Shown here in pieces: positions 11,205 to 26,076 of a stretch of 64,000 nucleotides of DNA. A program made the position numbers and the translations under genes. Location: assembly GCA_030141605.1 (NCBI GenBank), contig JAQGDQ010000116.1, positions 538,603 to 602,602 on the forward strand, read 5' to 3'. Under the pieces are notes generated by a model. It had not been told where the DNA came from. It worked only from the letters and a program-made list of their open reading frames with translations, and made no database searches. Numbering within the stretch: position 1 is the first letter of the stretch; every line of letters starts with the position of its first letter. Source of the DNA: Tubiluchus corallicola (Eukaryota; Animalia; Priapulida).

Positions 11205-14200
11205 ATGGATGACGGACCGATTGCTGCACATTTTCCCAATGGACAGTACAATTCAGGACCAAATGGCAATAATTCTATTAAACAAGGAGATGATCAGTTT
11301 AGTCGACCGCAATATTCCATTCCTGGTATTCTTCATTTTATTCAACACGAATGGAGCAGATTTGAACTGGAAAGATCCCATTGGGAAATAGAACGAGCAG
11401 AACTTCAGGTATAATAGATTGGCCAAAGTATGCATCCTTAGTTTTTTTATCATCACTATTGCAGACGATAAACTGTAATATCTGTAAAACGTACAAGTTA
11501 CTGTTAGTACATAAAATGAGTTCAGTTTCAGATTGATGATATAAGGGGTGATGTAACAGTCACACCATGTTGTCAAGAAACTAAACTGTTTACAAGTTGG
11601 CCTGTACAAGTTTTCATAAGTCTCGAAAACTTGTACACATTGTGCACGAAACACAAAAGTTCTAGTTGGTTTTTTTCTGGAAGTCTAAATTTATAGAGAC
11701 GTGATGACGAATAAACTATGCAGTCATCAAAACAAGCCTAAAATTTAATGAAACTTTGTATATTTCTAGCCGGTATTGTTTTTCATTACAAATTTAATTT
11801 TGGTACTATTTATTTCAGTAATAATTTGCTGATAGATAGTGAACTAATTATTTCATTCAAATTTTGCAAATTTACTTTGGGTTGATGTGTTATAAGTCTA
11901 ACTTAAAACATAAAGTTAGCCATAGCACTATATGAACTCTTTTCTTTCACAGTACTGACATTTTAAAATGGAATCTAATTAAATTAGGCTAAACAATTAT
12001 ACAATGAATTATTAAATTTAATATTTACATATTTACTCATTTTGAAAGGGCTTTTAAGTGCTAACCCTTAGATTTAATTTTCATCAAGGGTCCAGGTTTT
12101 CCAGAAAATTGTAAAATGTGGAAAAAGCATCAATGAATTTTCAGGGCTGTGTCCCATTATGTGATATTAAGCTCACATTATCAATGGAAAACCCCTGCTA
12201 GGAGTACATTTCCTGTCTTTATGTGCACAGTTTGTTTGTCGGATCTTGTACCATTTTAACTTACATTTTTTATGAAAACCTGATTTTTGAATGACTTGAA
12301 ATACAGCCCACAGTTAAATGACTCAACACCAGTGGAAAAGCTTGTGTATATCAATGTACATATTCATCGTATATAGCTTGTATTACTTTTAAATTTCTTT
12401 TCATTCAAAATTGTGCTCCGAGCTTCACCACAAAATATAAATTAAGGGAAAATGTGAAAACACCAATGGATAGTGCCAATGCATGTTTGTATAATAGTGT
12501 AATATGAGCCATTTATGTTTTCTTTCACTGTTCTGAAAAAGAGAACTTTGTAGCAAAGCCATTCTAGGAAAGTCATTAACATGCTGTTTGACAACATTTT
12601 GATGAAAGAGGATGTATCTAGTCATGTAAGTTTTGGCCCTGAAGCTTGAGTCTGCTCCTAAGCAGCCTTGGAGATACCGAAACAGACTGAATAGATTACT
12701 CTGTAGTTGTACCCATTCTTTCACTATAATAACAAATTTTAGCGAGGTTCGTGCCTGTGTGGATAGACGTGCACGCTTTGTATGGGTGTAAAAAATCTAA
12801 ATTTTAAATTTTTTTGTTTTTATTCTTTCAGGCTAGAATAGCATTTTTACAAGGAGAAAGGAAAGCACAAGAAAATTTGAAAAATGATTTGATACGTAGA
12901 ATTAAAATGCTAGAATATGCACTAAAACAAGAAAGGTAAAACTTTGTTTCATTAACTTCACTTTTCAACACAGAGCACATGATTTGTTGGCCAGCTCTAC
13001 AATTCTGTGAAGACAAAATTAAAACAAATTTTGTAAGCAGCTTAAGTATTATAATTCCATCAAAGACCGGAGTTATAAAAATATAATAACAACAGTTAAC
13101 TATAATATTAATGATATAGTTTTTTGCATCTATAAGTTTCATTTGTAATTTTGATCTTGATTAGGCAGATGAGTTTTTTTGACTTAGTATTTATTTTACA
13201 TGTTCTACTAGTGAGAAATATTGGTAATAAGAAAGGTGTTCTGTTCCTTCCATTTTATACTTCAGCATTCTGTATGTGTACAGTGAGTGTATAAGTTCTT
13301 TCACAATTTATTTATTTATTTTGTCTAAATACTGTGGATAACTGTCATCTATAAAGTATGTACGGTTAAAGGTGTATGTTTTTCAGGGCGAAATTTAACA
13401 AATTGAAGTACGGAACAGAGTTAACCGATGGAAAAGTTTCGGATTTTGGTGATTTTGGTACATATTGAATTTATTATAAATTTCAAAATAATGTAGAATC
13501 TGCAATATTACCTTGTCATCATTACAGTATTGTATTTCCTATAATGCCTGGCTTGCAAAATCATAAAAGTACCGTATGTTTAGTATTTTCGTGAATTTAA
13601 AGCATTTGTGCAATTCTGTAGTTTTAAAACTAACAGTACTGTGTGTACAACAATGTTTCTTGTTTTCTCAGCATTGCTTCTTTGGGAGTTAGAATAAGTT
13701 ATCCTTAGTCTATTCTGAATTCATTTAATTTGAGATTTGTGCCTTATGGCTGTTTTAAGTTCAGGAAGTTCTCACATTTACATTCTTGACTTTTATTTTG
13801 TAGATGATGGTATGAAACTAGAGCCTTACTCGTCTCCTAATAGCAATGTGTCTTGGCGACAAGGCAGGACATTGCTTCGACAGTAAGTACCACAAATTGT
13901 CTGAAGAATGTATTTTAAATTGCACTTTTTATGTTTCGTTTGAGGATGATCAGTATTCTTGTTAACATCAAAATTGTAAACCAAAAAAGCAGTTTGTTTT
14001 TAGTAACAGAGATGAGTTTGTAAAAATATAGAATTTTAAGTTAGATGCATTTTAATGGCCAAAATGAAGCCAGAGCTGTATTTACTTGAACAATTTATAA
14101 AAACTATAGACATCGTAGTTATACCATTGCATTATTGTTTGTTAACTGTTGAGGGACATCATTTTTGTACATTGATCTTTTTGCGTTAAAGCTTTTGTTG

Positions 14201-17200
14201 CATACATCTTGTTTTGTGTTTTGTTATTACCATTACAGCGATTTTTACTTTTTTGAAGACATTTTTGTAAAAGATCTTGCTGTACGTAAATGGTCATAGT
14301 TTTCACTTGCTTCTCATTTATTATAGTAATTCATAAGGTAAAGAAGTACTGTACTAAATCTGCTATTTGTTTTCTGAAATTATAATGCCCCTTTAGTTGT
14401 AGGTAAGATTATACAGCCTTTTCAAGTGAGAAGATGCCTTTTAGGAAAGACTGGCTGTTTTTTTAAAGAAATTCAGGTTATTGAAATATCTTTGTTTTAA
14501 AAACTGAAAGCAGGACTCCGACTTTAACTTTATAAAATTTTTGCACAATATTTCTTTAGTATTGCTAATCATCGAAAGCACATATTTTGAAGAACTAAAA
14601 TGAACCGAGGTGCTTAAAATGTATGGTACTGATAAATTTCTCAAAAATCTAAATGTAGATAATTTTTGTCTTAGAACTTCACCTTGTGTCTGCAAAAATA
14701 TAAAAAAAATGAACGAGTTAATCATTTTATACATTATAAAAATTTACTTTATTAAATGTAGTAATGATTAAACTTATTATCATATCCAGATACTTACAAG
14801 AGATTGGCTATACAGACACCGTCATCGAGGTAAGATCAAACAGAGTTCGCCAGCTCCTTGGGATGAATGGTACTGATGGGGAGATAGAAAAAGAGCGTAT
14901 GGGATTGCCAACATTTAATGGAGAACAGCCTGGCAAACGACCAATTGAAATTCAAGGCGGACGCAGGTAATTAAAGAAAACATTAACAGTTACATCAAGT
15001 TTTCACTGTTTAGTTGTAGTGAAATTGTTTAGTTGTAATCTCTGCTTCAAGCTAATTTCGAAAACCATTACTAACTTTTAAAGATTTTAAACATGTTCAA
15101 TCAGAAGTTTTTTGCACAAATATATTTTGCTAAGATTATTACCTTTCTGGCATAGTAATGAAATTTAAATGTTTGTTGGGTAATCTAACTGATCTCATGT
15201 TGTCTTATGCCAGAATTGTCTGGTTCATCCGATAAAATTTAAAGCAAAAATACAGCTTGTTTGTGATTGTCATCCCACGTGCATGTATAAGTGGCAAGAT
15301 GGAAACTTGAGCTTCTTTGTTGCTCGTTAATTATTTGATAAATTATCGTTAACTAACATTAAAAAAGCTTTTGAATAACTTATCTAGTCAAGCAGTGTCG
15401 GACAGTCAACAAAAGTTATTCGTACAAGTACAAGACATACCAGTATTATTTATTATTTATACCATTTATTCATACTTTTATACGGTACAACAAATACTCA
15501 AAAAACAACACATGATATAAATTAGTTCAAGCTGTACTTATAAAGAAAAAAGGTTTGTTAATTTGTTAAAGCAAAGTAAAAAAATAATAAAGAACAATAG
15601 CAACAATTTATGTTATAATTACTGTCTCAACAAGTGGTCAAATATTTTAAAATTTCATGTAGTTGAGACTTCCTAAAGAAATAAATACTTGGCTTCTATA
15701 GTCCGTAAAATTTCCTTAAATAAAGGAAATAAGTGCCAGCTGATTGTCAGAGATCTGTATTAAGCATTCTGTCAGAACTGAAATGCAGTACTTTTGATCT
15801 AAACCATTGACAAGAACAATTAATTCAATATTGGTTAGAGATTGATACTAAGTTGTATCCCATTTATGAGGCGGCAGAATTAAGTCAGTTTCACTCAGTT
15901 TGCATATACGTCCTTTAAAGATCTACATTGTGTGTATATGTGTGTACTATCGCGGAAGGATTTAAAATGAAAAAATGGGAATTTCTTTTAATTTAGTGTG
16001 AGTATGACGTATGCTTAAGAATACTAAGTAATAATGTTCAAACTAATTTTTCGGAAACTTACTAATGAGGACCACTCTCTTGTTCTTTAAGTGAAGTACC
16101 TTTGCATGTGTTTAATTTTATTTCTTGTAGATTGCAAGGTAAAAAACCCACTGGAGCACTAGGAGATGGAAGTTTACTGGAGAATGAGGCAGCTGTTCTT
16201 GATTCATTCAAGTTTCTTCCATCCGATAATGTTGATATGGATGAGGATGATGAAGAGGGGTAATTGATAAATTTCGTTATTCTCATTATGATAAATACAT
16301 GTTTTATTTCCAGATATGCACTCAGATACGTGAAAATATTCTTAATGTATTTACAGTGACGATGGTGATGACCTTGATGATGCCATAGAGAAAAATGTCG
16401 ATAAACTAGATGTAAGGCCAGGAAAACCTCGAGTAAGTATTTACATACCTAATTTTTTGTAGTTTGTATTTCCTTATTTGTTTTTTTTTGCGTTAAACCT
16501 TATGATATTCCATAAAATTAATGCGTGTTTGAAATGCTTGCAAATTTTGCAAGTAAGATCTGATACCTTAATTTCTAAAAGTGTAACTTACGTTATGGTA
16601 AATATGACAGATATTACTATGACTGAGTAGGTAACCAGCATGTGTGTTCATGAACAAGAAATGAAAGGCACAGCTTGCTGTTCTAGTGTCTTATTACTCA
16701 GCAATAATTTTTGTTCATTGAGCAATGGTTTGGTGATTAAATGTCAAAAATGAAAAGTCGGTATTTATAGATGCAAACGATGAAGGCAAATTGTCCACGT
16801 GTTTTGTTTGCACTTGCACAGTTTAATCTCGCATTCTGAATAATGATATTAGCAAAATAATAACATAGGATAGGGATCGCGAACCACGAGAACCAAAGCC
16901 TCGAAACTGAATCTAAAAATCTGAGCTTTGATTCAATTCAATTCACTGAAGTTTTATATTACTTTAGATCCTACCTGATTCCACAGAGTATTATTTAAAA
17001 ATTGATTTTGCTTTGCCTGCAGAGGCAGCTGGGTAGCATTCTATTGCAAAAGCAATTATATACTCTTTTACCTTTGATTTGTGGCAAGATTACTTAAATC
17101 ACTGACCTTTTTGATAATTTTTTATTCTACTTCATTCAATTTGATTGAAAACTGCAAAGATTTGAATAAGATTTGGTTTAAAGAAATGACTAAAAAATTC

Positions 17201-20200
17201 AGATGCAAATTCCATTGAGATTGAGATTTGAAATTTGATTCGGATTCTGAAATTTTGATAAAATGAGTTTCTGTTTAGATCCAAATTCGTTAATTTTAGA
17301 TTAGTGACATCCCTAACATAAGGTGAAAATGTTGGACCAGAAAAAATAATAGTATAGTGTGCAATAAAAGTATAGGTTGCCAATTTAATCTAACAGATAA
17401 AAGTATAATGTGTATTGGTATTATAGAGTTGCAGTTAATGTTAAATGCTACTAGTATCAAATTGCATTACACTTTATGTTACTGATCACAGTTTCAGTCA
17501 AAGAGAAATTTTAAATAGAATGTGTTATAATAATTATTTATTAGAAGCAAGCCCATTGTATTTGTAACTACTGAATCCACACAATGAATGTGATTTTTCA
17601 ACAAGCAAAAAAGCAGACTTAAGCGGTAGTGTTTGAGTATCTCTACATGTTTTCGATGTAATAAAATTTCTCGATCCAGTTATCTGATACCTGGGTGCAT
17701 ACTTTGCCCATTGTTTTCACATAAAATATTGTTGATGCTGACCAAACTGCCCATCTGATAAACATGCAGCTACAAATAGTAACAGCTGACTAGAAAGGGT
17801 GAAAGCATCTGTGAAAGCTGTAAATAAACATAACTGTACCCTTGGGAAAACAGCGATCTCATATAAATTGCTTTTATACTTTAAATTTAAAAATGTACTT
17901 TCTTTATGTGCAAAATTGGAAAACATGTAGAGTCCAATTAATGTTTTAAATAACCCGGAAAAATAAGCACATAGACCCAGTCAAGTCCGCATGGGCCTCC
18001 ATTTTTTTCTTAAAAAATATCCTAATAATTATGGTTATTTGGAACGTATGAGTAGCTACTTTGCCACTGTACTGCTTACTGTCTTGTCTAACTTTTGATG
18101 CCTGCGTGTATAGGTGCACATAGACCATGATGCGTATATGGACAATGACACTGGCAGTGACGAGGATACAGAAGAAGCTTTAGCAGAGTTTGACTTTCTT
18201 GGACCAGACGGGCCTGAAAATGATATTGAGGGTATTTGCATTTTTGTTGCAATCTAATAATTGTGGCAGTAGACTTGGAAGTGGTTCCAGCGTTTTCTAT
18301 GAGTAATTCTGTAGCAGTTGTCATCTACGTTATGCTGTGTGCATTATGTTAATGGAAATGATATTCGTGTTTTTTAAATTGCCATTTGTTCAACTTTATT
18401 ATAAAACTTATTTTTACTTTTACTAAATGTGTCATAAAGAGTTTTTTAAAGACTTTAAATTATATGGAAAATCTTGAGATGTTGGCTATTTTTCTAGGGA
18501 GACAACCTGATGGTCTTAATGAGGACTGGAGGTATGATGAGCAACGGATAAGCAAACTAAAGGAACAGTATAAAAAAGAAAGAAAGGGAAAGAAAAATTT
18601 GCAGAGTGAGTAATTTCAAATTTCTTCTGTGTTTAATAGACAGTTTATTTGCTGATCAACAAATACATGCATAATAAAATATCACGTAGATATCCATATA
18701 ATTTTTTTTATAAATTAGCACATTTGCCATATGCTGTGCCTGCCAAGGCACATGCTGTTATATGCTGTCATATGTTATAGGCACATTTGTCACATGCTGT
18801 TATTTTGCATATTTTTGCTTCTTAAGGCATTGCTGTTTGTTTTATTTACATTGGAATTTTGCAATGTAATATGTTTGTTGTGATATGATTTCCTACTTAA
18901 TAATTTAATTTAGGAATTTTCTGTGAGTGCATGGAGTTTTATTGTGGGCTGTGTAGCTTACATTTTTTTTATTAGACGATGCCTAGTGTTTTTTCTGCAT
19001 GACTTACTAGCAGCAAGTTGCCAGCTTGTATGTAGCAGCTTGTGGTTTGTTAGTCTAAGGAGAGATGAATTAAAAGCAATAATAATGCATGTTATTAATT
19101 AGAAGTATTACTCGAATTAAAAAGACACTTGTGTGTAATTCATAGCTTTTTAGCTATTTAGCACTCGTAAAGTTAAATTTTCAGTTTCTTAATTATATCT
19201 GCTTTTATGCCTGAAAGGTTATGATTAATTCTTTGTTGGGATTATGGGATATCTCTCTTTCATCTACCTTGCATGTATTGCTATAAGGTTACTATTCTGT
19301 GGCATGCTTGCATGTTGCAGGGCCAAAACGTTCAACGCTACAGGCAATGCTTGCTAACCTAGGCAGCGATTCTGATGCGCAACGCAATAGTGGGATGAGC
19401 TCCATCAGCCCTCCCACCTTGATTGATGCTGATGAAGCAGGTACGTCAGGTGACCCACCTGCATGTAGAAAAAACTACGTTTTCACTCGCCTTGTTTTGT
19501 AGTTGCTGGTTATTTTCTTTGGTTAGCAGGGGTTGTTTTAAAGCAGGTGGTTGATAAAATTTAGCTTTATTTTTTAAACTGTTAACTTTTTTTGTTTTGT
19601 GCAGTGTTTAAATGTAGCACTATGTGTTAAATGATTACTGCTTTCATTTGCAAGTCATAATTAGTCTAATTACATTTTTATCCCGTATTTTCCTCCTAAT
19701 GGTACTCTTAGATGTGCTGTATATGTTTCGCAAATACTGTTGCATATACCTTAGCAAATTTCTTGCGTCATATGTATAGCTACATGTTTATACGTACTTG
19801 AACTATACTGTATTATTAGATTCGCTTATAGCAATGGCTAGTACAATAATTAGTGATGACACTGATATACTACTTTTCATTGATTACAATCAATGTTTGA
19901 GGTAATATATCAGTGTAGAAAGCATGGTGTTTAAAAAATGGTTCTTTAAGTTGTAACTCTTTATTTTGAGGTCATTGCCCTCTCTTAAGTTTGGTTTTGA
20001 TCACAGATTTTTTCTTTGAAATACACTATGAACATATGTTTATGTTGTCATTTTTGGTGCTGAGTTTTTCAGCAATTAAAAAGTAAAATGGTCAGATAAA
20101 AAATAGTTTCATAGTTCAACAAATTAATTGCTTATAGTGAAACCAACTTAAACACAAAGTTGACATTGATTCTGTATAACAAATCATTTGGGAATAGGCT

Positions 20201-23200
20201 GTTTAAATGTTACTGCTTACGTTATGTTACAGATGTTACTGCTTACTGTATCATCTGCAGAGTTTTTGTTATTCAGTTTTTGGTATTGATGCTTTCTGAA
20301 GTAATTCCCCCTTTTTATATTGCAGCTATACAAGGAAATCCTGCCTTGTCATTTCCGCAAGTTACGAGAAGACCTCTGGTGACAGGGTTAGGGCCAGAAG
20401 ATGAAACTTTTGAAGCAGCCCTTGGACTAGGTGAACTTGCTGGTATAACTGTTTCAAATGAGTCAGATGCTGTCACATATGACATTGATGATGTAAGTAA
20501 TCATATATCAGTGTTTGTTACTATACTAAATGCATGAAATATTTTTACATACCTCTAGGTTTCTTCTCCTCATTTTCATCCTTTGGGGAAACAAAAATTC
20601 TTATTTGTTTGATACTGTTTCAGTTTTTCTAGGTTTCTATTAAGTATTACATCTTATTCATCTAATTTTACTTACAATGTACTTGTTCTGTATTAATTGT
20701 GCAAGCAACTTAGACCATTATTGTTTGTGGCTTTGGTTACTGTTTGTTGATTAAAGAATATTATGCAAGGAGTTTTGAACTAACGAGCTGCAAATTAGAT
20801 AGGTCTCAGTGATTACACTACAAATAAAATCACTGTTGGCCAAAATTGGTTAAGTGAGTCCTTAATTACACATACAACAGCATATGTAAAAATCATTTCT
20901 TTTGTAAGTACAGCCATTAGCTAACACTGTAGTTACATTTTTTCACGTTGAACACTGCTGAGTGACTCCAGTTATTCTTTTTTGTTTGGTAGAGTAATTT
21001 TTTTGCCAAAACTATTTGATAAACAATCAACAAAAGCTACATGATATTATTGCTGTCGTGTTTCAATTCAGCATGATTTCTGTATGTAATGTCTGACTTT
21101 CAAAATGTCCAAGCACACGATAGGCTTTGGTTAGTGTGTTTTATGAAAAAATATTCTTCATTTTGCGACTTTGTGAATACTGTGAGATATTCACTTCATA
21201 TTAATTTTTTGTTCAATTTAGTAGCCCAAATTTAAAATATGTCTCCAAGTACTTTTTGTTGCAGTCATCTTATAATTTATGGAGCACTTCTTTATTGCTA
21301 CAGTGAGATTAATTGAGGGGCTGATTGATTATTTGGTTAATTAAAACAGCAATACCACAGCATGTAATAGTAGACTGTAACATTATTTTTGTTGCATACA
21401 GCAAATACTACACCATGCTAGAATGTAGCATTGTTTAGAACAGTTGCTACTTTAAAAGAATGATAAATCATGTAATTAACATACTTTTATTTAGTTCTTT
21501 ACCAGTTACATTTCAGAACTTCCTTAATAAAAACTGGCTTCATGTTGTAATGTGACATTTTTGTGATATACCTGGCACCATTCAAAATATCACTGCACAT
21601 AAATAACAATGTAATTTTTATTCATCTTAAATGTTTTCATATATATATATATATAAACTGTCACGCTGGTTTTAATAATATCTTTTGCAATTGTATTTGC
21701 AGATTGCGGCTGGCAAGGATACGTTCCGCAAAACTTGGAATGCCAAGTATACATTACGCAGTCATTTTGATGGAGTTCGGGCTCTTGTTTTTCATCCGGT
21801 TGAACCTGTACTTATCACTGCTGCTGAAGATCATACATTAAAACTTTGGAATTTGCAGAAAACTGTTCCTGCGAAAAAGTATTTTTTAATTTTGTTGTCT
21901 CTCACTTTTTAGTTTTAGTTTGCATTAGTTGTTTCTGTATCTGGAATTTCCTTACTTTGATGTTTGTTTTTTCAACCAAAGACTGAGTAAAAATTGATGG
22001 ATCTAAAATAATAAGCAACTTACAACTATCCACTTTTTTGGGATATACAGAAATTAACATTCATGTCAGTTTTGCAAATTCGTCTTTGATGCATTCTATG
22101 TGCATGTAATCATGTAATCAGGATTATAATAGATAAATTCAGAATTATTGCTGTATTACCCTGCTGTCATACAACATTGTTAGTGGCCCAGAGAGATTCA
22201 CTTTCTGGTGCTTTAAGGGTGTCTTGTTGGGACATTAAGATTTCAAACCAAAAATAGTTACATAATTAAAATTGAATATGTTTCAATTGAATTTTTTCTC
22301 ACAAATCCATTAAAAATAAATTGTGCCTGTAAAAGCTGAAAGTGGATATTTGGTAAGGCATTAACCTTCTGTGATTATAAATCATAGAGAAATATGTGTA
22401 GGATTTTTTGTTCTAATTTATTCATGTTTGACATTTAATAGCTGTTTTTTGCAGCATAAATTTCAGAATCTTTTGCGTGCTTTGTTTTATTTTGACAAAT
22501 GTACTGTTTTCGTTATGTTTGATTAATATGCTTAGCTTATCTTGTAAATTTCACAAAGCTTCATTGTTTGTTATCTTGTTTTGTAGGGCTGCCTCGTTGG
22601 ATGTAGAGCCAATCTACACCTTTCGTGGACATTTGTAAGTAATTTGTAATTGTCAAAAATGACAGTTTTTTATGTTTTGGTAAACCGTATGGAAAAATCT
22701 TTCTTGACTAGCAATTTAGAAAATTATGCTGCTGTTAGAATAAACTGTATCTGGACCTACTCAAGTAAATTGAGTAAAATTGGGCAAACCTCTGAGCTAT
22801 TTTCTGGGCTTTCCATATAGTATAACCACTTCTTTTGTTTTTTCTTAAATTTGTAAAATTCCCCCCATTTAGTTTTGATAAGAAAATTTTGATTATATTG
22901 TATTTTGATAATTATTACCATTACTGTCTCGGTTTTCTTGACAGTATTCTTGACAACGTGAGGTTTTGCTTACAAAAACTTATATTGCTTTATAATGTTT
23001 ATATAGGGGCCCTGTACTATCACTTGCAATGAGTGCTACAGGAGAAGAATGCTTTAGTGGTGGTCTAGATTCAACTATACAGTGTTGGAGTATACCTAGT
23101 TCAAATGTTGATCCCTATGATTCTTTCGGTGAGCAGATTTGCTTGAAAGATGCTTGAAAGATGAGCATGTTTAAAACTAATCATGACTTGTGTCAGTTTT

Positions 23201-25628
23201 ATAATGTAACATCGTATTTAAGTTAAGTACTTAACTTTTGTCCAAAATTGTTGTTTGACCTATTCTGATTCGTTATATGTACTCGTACATTATAATTCAA
23301 TATTTTAGAAAATTTTTGCTGGAAAGTTTGTTTAACAAGAATTTGCTTTCTGAAATGACTATAATTCCATCAAGATTCAATATATCTTATGAAACAAACA
23401 CATATAAGGTTTATATAAATCGAATGTGAAAACGCTGCAAAAATTTTTAATAATGCGATGTAAATGTAAGTGGTTTTATTTTTTCGTTTTCCATATAAAC
23501 TCGTGATTTTCTTGTTAAACTTTACAGATCCTGCTGTATTAACAACTACTCTTTATGGACACACCGATGCAGTTTGGGGTTTGTCTATTCATAGTTCACG
23601 GATGCAGCTTCTTTCTAGTTCTGCTGATGGAACTGTGCGGTTGTGGCAGCCGCAGTCGAAAGATCCATTGCTTAAAGTTTACAATCCACCTTCAGGTAAG
23701 TGCCTTGCAATCAATTTCATCAATGGATTATACAGAGTCATTTATACCGCTTTGCTTCTATATCACTTGCCACTCAAGCGTATTCTTCTGTGATTACCTT
23801 TTAAATGTGAAGCTAGAAAATGTCTGTTATGTACCCATGCCAAAAAATTACTGCTGGTCACATGAATGCTGCTTCATAATCTTTTGACTGCTACGCTAAG
23901 GTTCAAGACTTTAATAACTGTATGTAAAATACTTGAATGGAATTTAATCAGCAGCATGTGTTCTGTTGTGCACAGAATCTTTAAAATTATTATGTACATT
24001 TGTTGTTATTGGTACTAGATGGCACTGTCTCACTGTGTTGGTTTTTATGACAGATGATGTACCTAGCTCTGTAGATTTTGTGAGATGCGATCCCAATCAG
24101 ATGGTAGCTGCATATCAGTCATGTACAACATCTATCTTTGATTTAGAAACTGGCAAAACTGTAGTAAATCTTGACACTATAAATAATACTGGTAAGTAAG
24201 ATTATTGTTGATTTTTTTGTAGATATTAGTATGGTGTCTTGGAATGATTTGTTGCTTTTTTGTTAGTGAATTAAGACAACGGTTTAAATTATTGTTAAAT
24301 TGTAAAAATTGTTACTTTTGTAACAAACAGTACCAGGTCTCTAGAATGATAATTACCTTCTTTTTTTGCAAAATGTTAAACATTTGTATATTGCCAATGC
24401 TGCTGCATGCAGTAAATGCCTGTACGTAAATGCAGGTGAATTTATAATGAAAAAAAATTCTATAAAAAAATTATAGGCTACTATAAAAAAGGTGAATTTA
24501 TTTCCCTTGACACTAATTGTCTCATTATCATGGGCTACTTTGAGTATTCTGAGTTTTTATAATATAAAACGGCTTATAGTAAGTTGCAGGCTTAAAAATT
24601 TAGATGTTTGTAGTAGTTTGTATTGTGAATGCTTTTGTTTTTTGAATAATTTTTTACGTTACTTTTACAGATATAATAGTTGCTTGTACCATTAATAAGT
24701 TGATAAGCCACCCAACATTACCTGTGACCATTACTGCATATGACGATAGACATATACGCTTCTTTGATAATAATACTGGTGAGTTTTTGTAATTTAGATG
24801 CTGTTATAAGCATTTGCTCATCTTATAGACCATTGTACATGTTTGTGAACTATTGTAAGCTTGCTGATGAGTAAATATGATCAAAACTCATAGTCACAGT
24901 TGAACCAAGGTAACTGTGTGAAAGTGAACATAGAAGTAATCACAGTTTCCTGTTTGTATGTATTCAGCTGCATTAATACTGTGCTTATTAGGCAAATGTT
25001 TCACCTTACAGTAACTTGTCATTTCATTGCTTATAGTGTAGGAAATCATCATGGAGATAATCCATGCAGTTTTTCATAAGTTTAAAATGCAAATAAGTAT
25101 TTCCATGTTTTTTTTTACACACTGTAATGAAATAAAGAAAATATGATATGTGAATAGTAATTATTGTGGTGAATAATGATAAAAAACCTATCATTTAAAA
25201 AGTTTTAATTGTGTTTCACTATTTTGATTTTTAATTGCAGGAAAAATGATTCATTCCATGGTAGCACACTTGGACTCAGTTACCAGTTTAGCTATAGATC
25301 CGAATGGGCTTTATTTGTTATCTGGCAGTAAGTAATGACCAATTTTAGACTTTCAAAGCAATAAATACGGAAGCTCTTGATTAGTGTTCTAGTTTTGTTA
25401 GTTGTCAGTTATATACAAAATTGCTAAATATTTCAGTTGGTTTTTCCCTTTTCTGCAGGTCACGACTGTTCCATTAGGCTGTGGAATTTAGAAAGCAAAA
25501 CCTGTATACAAGAGATAACTTCGCATCGGAAAAAGTTTGATGAATCAATTTACGACGTGGCTTTTCATCCAACTAAACCTTACATAGCTAGTGCAGGCGC
25601 CGATGCATTGGCTAAAGTTTTCATTTAA
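11205..25628 (+). CDS. STRN: Striatin (STRN/STRN3/Cka-like; PP2A B''' subunit and STRIPAK scaffold), 19 coding exons, ~789 aa
   Basis: Exons: 11205-11408, 12832-12935, 13387-13457, 13804-13882, 14790-14966, 16131-16259, 16357-16432, 18114-18231, 18498-18605, 19321-19440, 20326-20492, 21703-21878, 22587-22634, 23007-23128, 23528-23695, 24054-24191, 24671-24778, 25241-25327, 25459-25628. All introns are GT-AG with matching phases, total 2370 nt. Motifs: caveolin-binding/coiled coil YSIPGILHFIQHEWSRFELERSHWEIERAELQARIAFLQGERKAQENLK, calmodulin-binding WRQGRTLLRQYLQEIGY, WD40 repeats from KTWNAKYTLRSHFDG, and terminal SAGADALAKVFI. The exon 3 donor could instead be at 13448, in the same phase. 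Confidence 0.97.
16871..17315. mobile_element. hAT-type MITE in striatin intron 7
   Basis: Ends TAGGGAT...ATCCCTA, flanked by a degenerate 8-bp duplication (acatagga / acataagg). Internal gattc/gaatc-type subterminal repeats; no ORF. Confidence 0.65.
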
Positions 25629-26070
25629 TAACGATCATTTATGTAGTGTAATGCCAGCAAAATACATTAATTGATGTGCTGAAATCTGGTGTTTTATACT
25701 TGTTTAAGTGTGTATATGTGTAACCTGGGCACTATCGACATATTCTTTCTAGCATGTAGCAGTGTGCCACAGAGAAAAAACTAATGTCAGAGAAAATGAA
25801 AGGGTTTGTTAGTATAATCACTTCATTTTCTAGAAGGTTTTTTGCAGTTTGTTTCAGGAAGTAACTTTCTTCAGATGTTAGCCTGGCAAGTGTTTTATTT
25901 GCAAAAAAAACTGAAAATTTGTTTAGACTTTTACCTTTTTTCTCTTGGAAGTTTTTCTTTTGTTCATTCAAAATGTAGATATCACGGCAGTGTTTTTATC
26001 AAAATAACCGCCACTGTGTAGTGACATTCAGATTAAAATAAACCCAATTTGATCAACTCTAGCTTTGAGA

Positions 26071-26076
26071 AATAAA
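26071..26076 (+). terminator. Candidate proximal poly(A) signal of striatin; a distal candidate lies at 27463-27468
   Basis: AATAAA about 440 nt after the stop codon, with a second AATAAA at 27463. Confidence 0.4.

Noticed and set aside
18269-18305. Extra striatin micro-exon in intron 8
   Set aside because: It would need an upstream intron of under 40 nt and has a weak acceptor.
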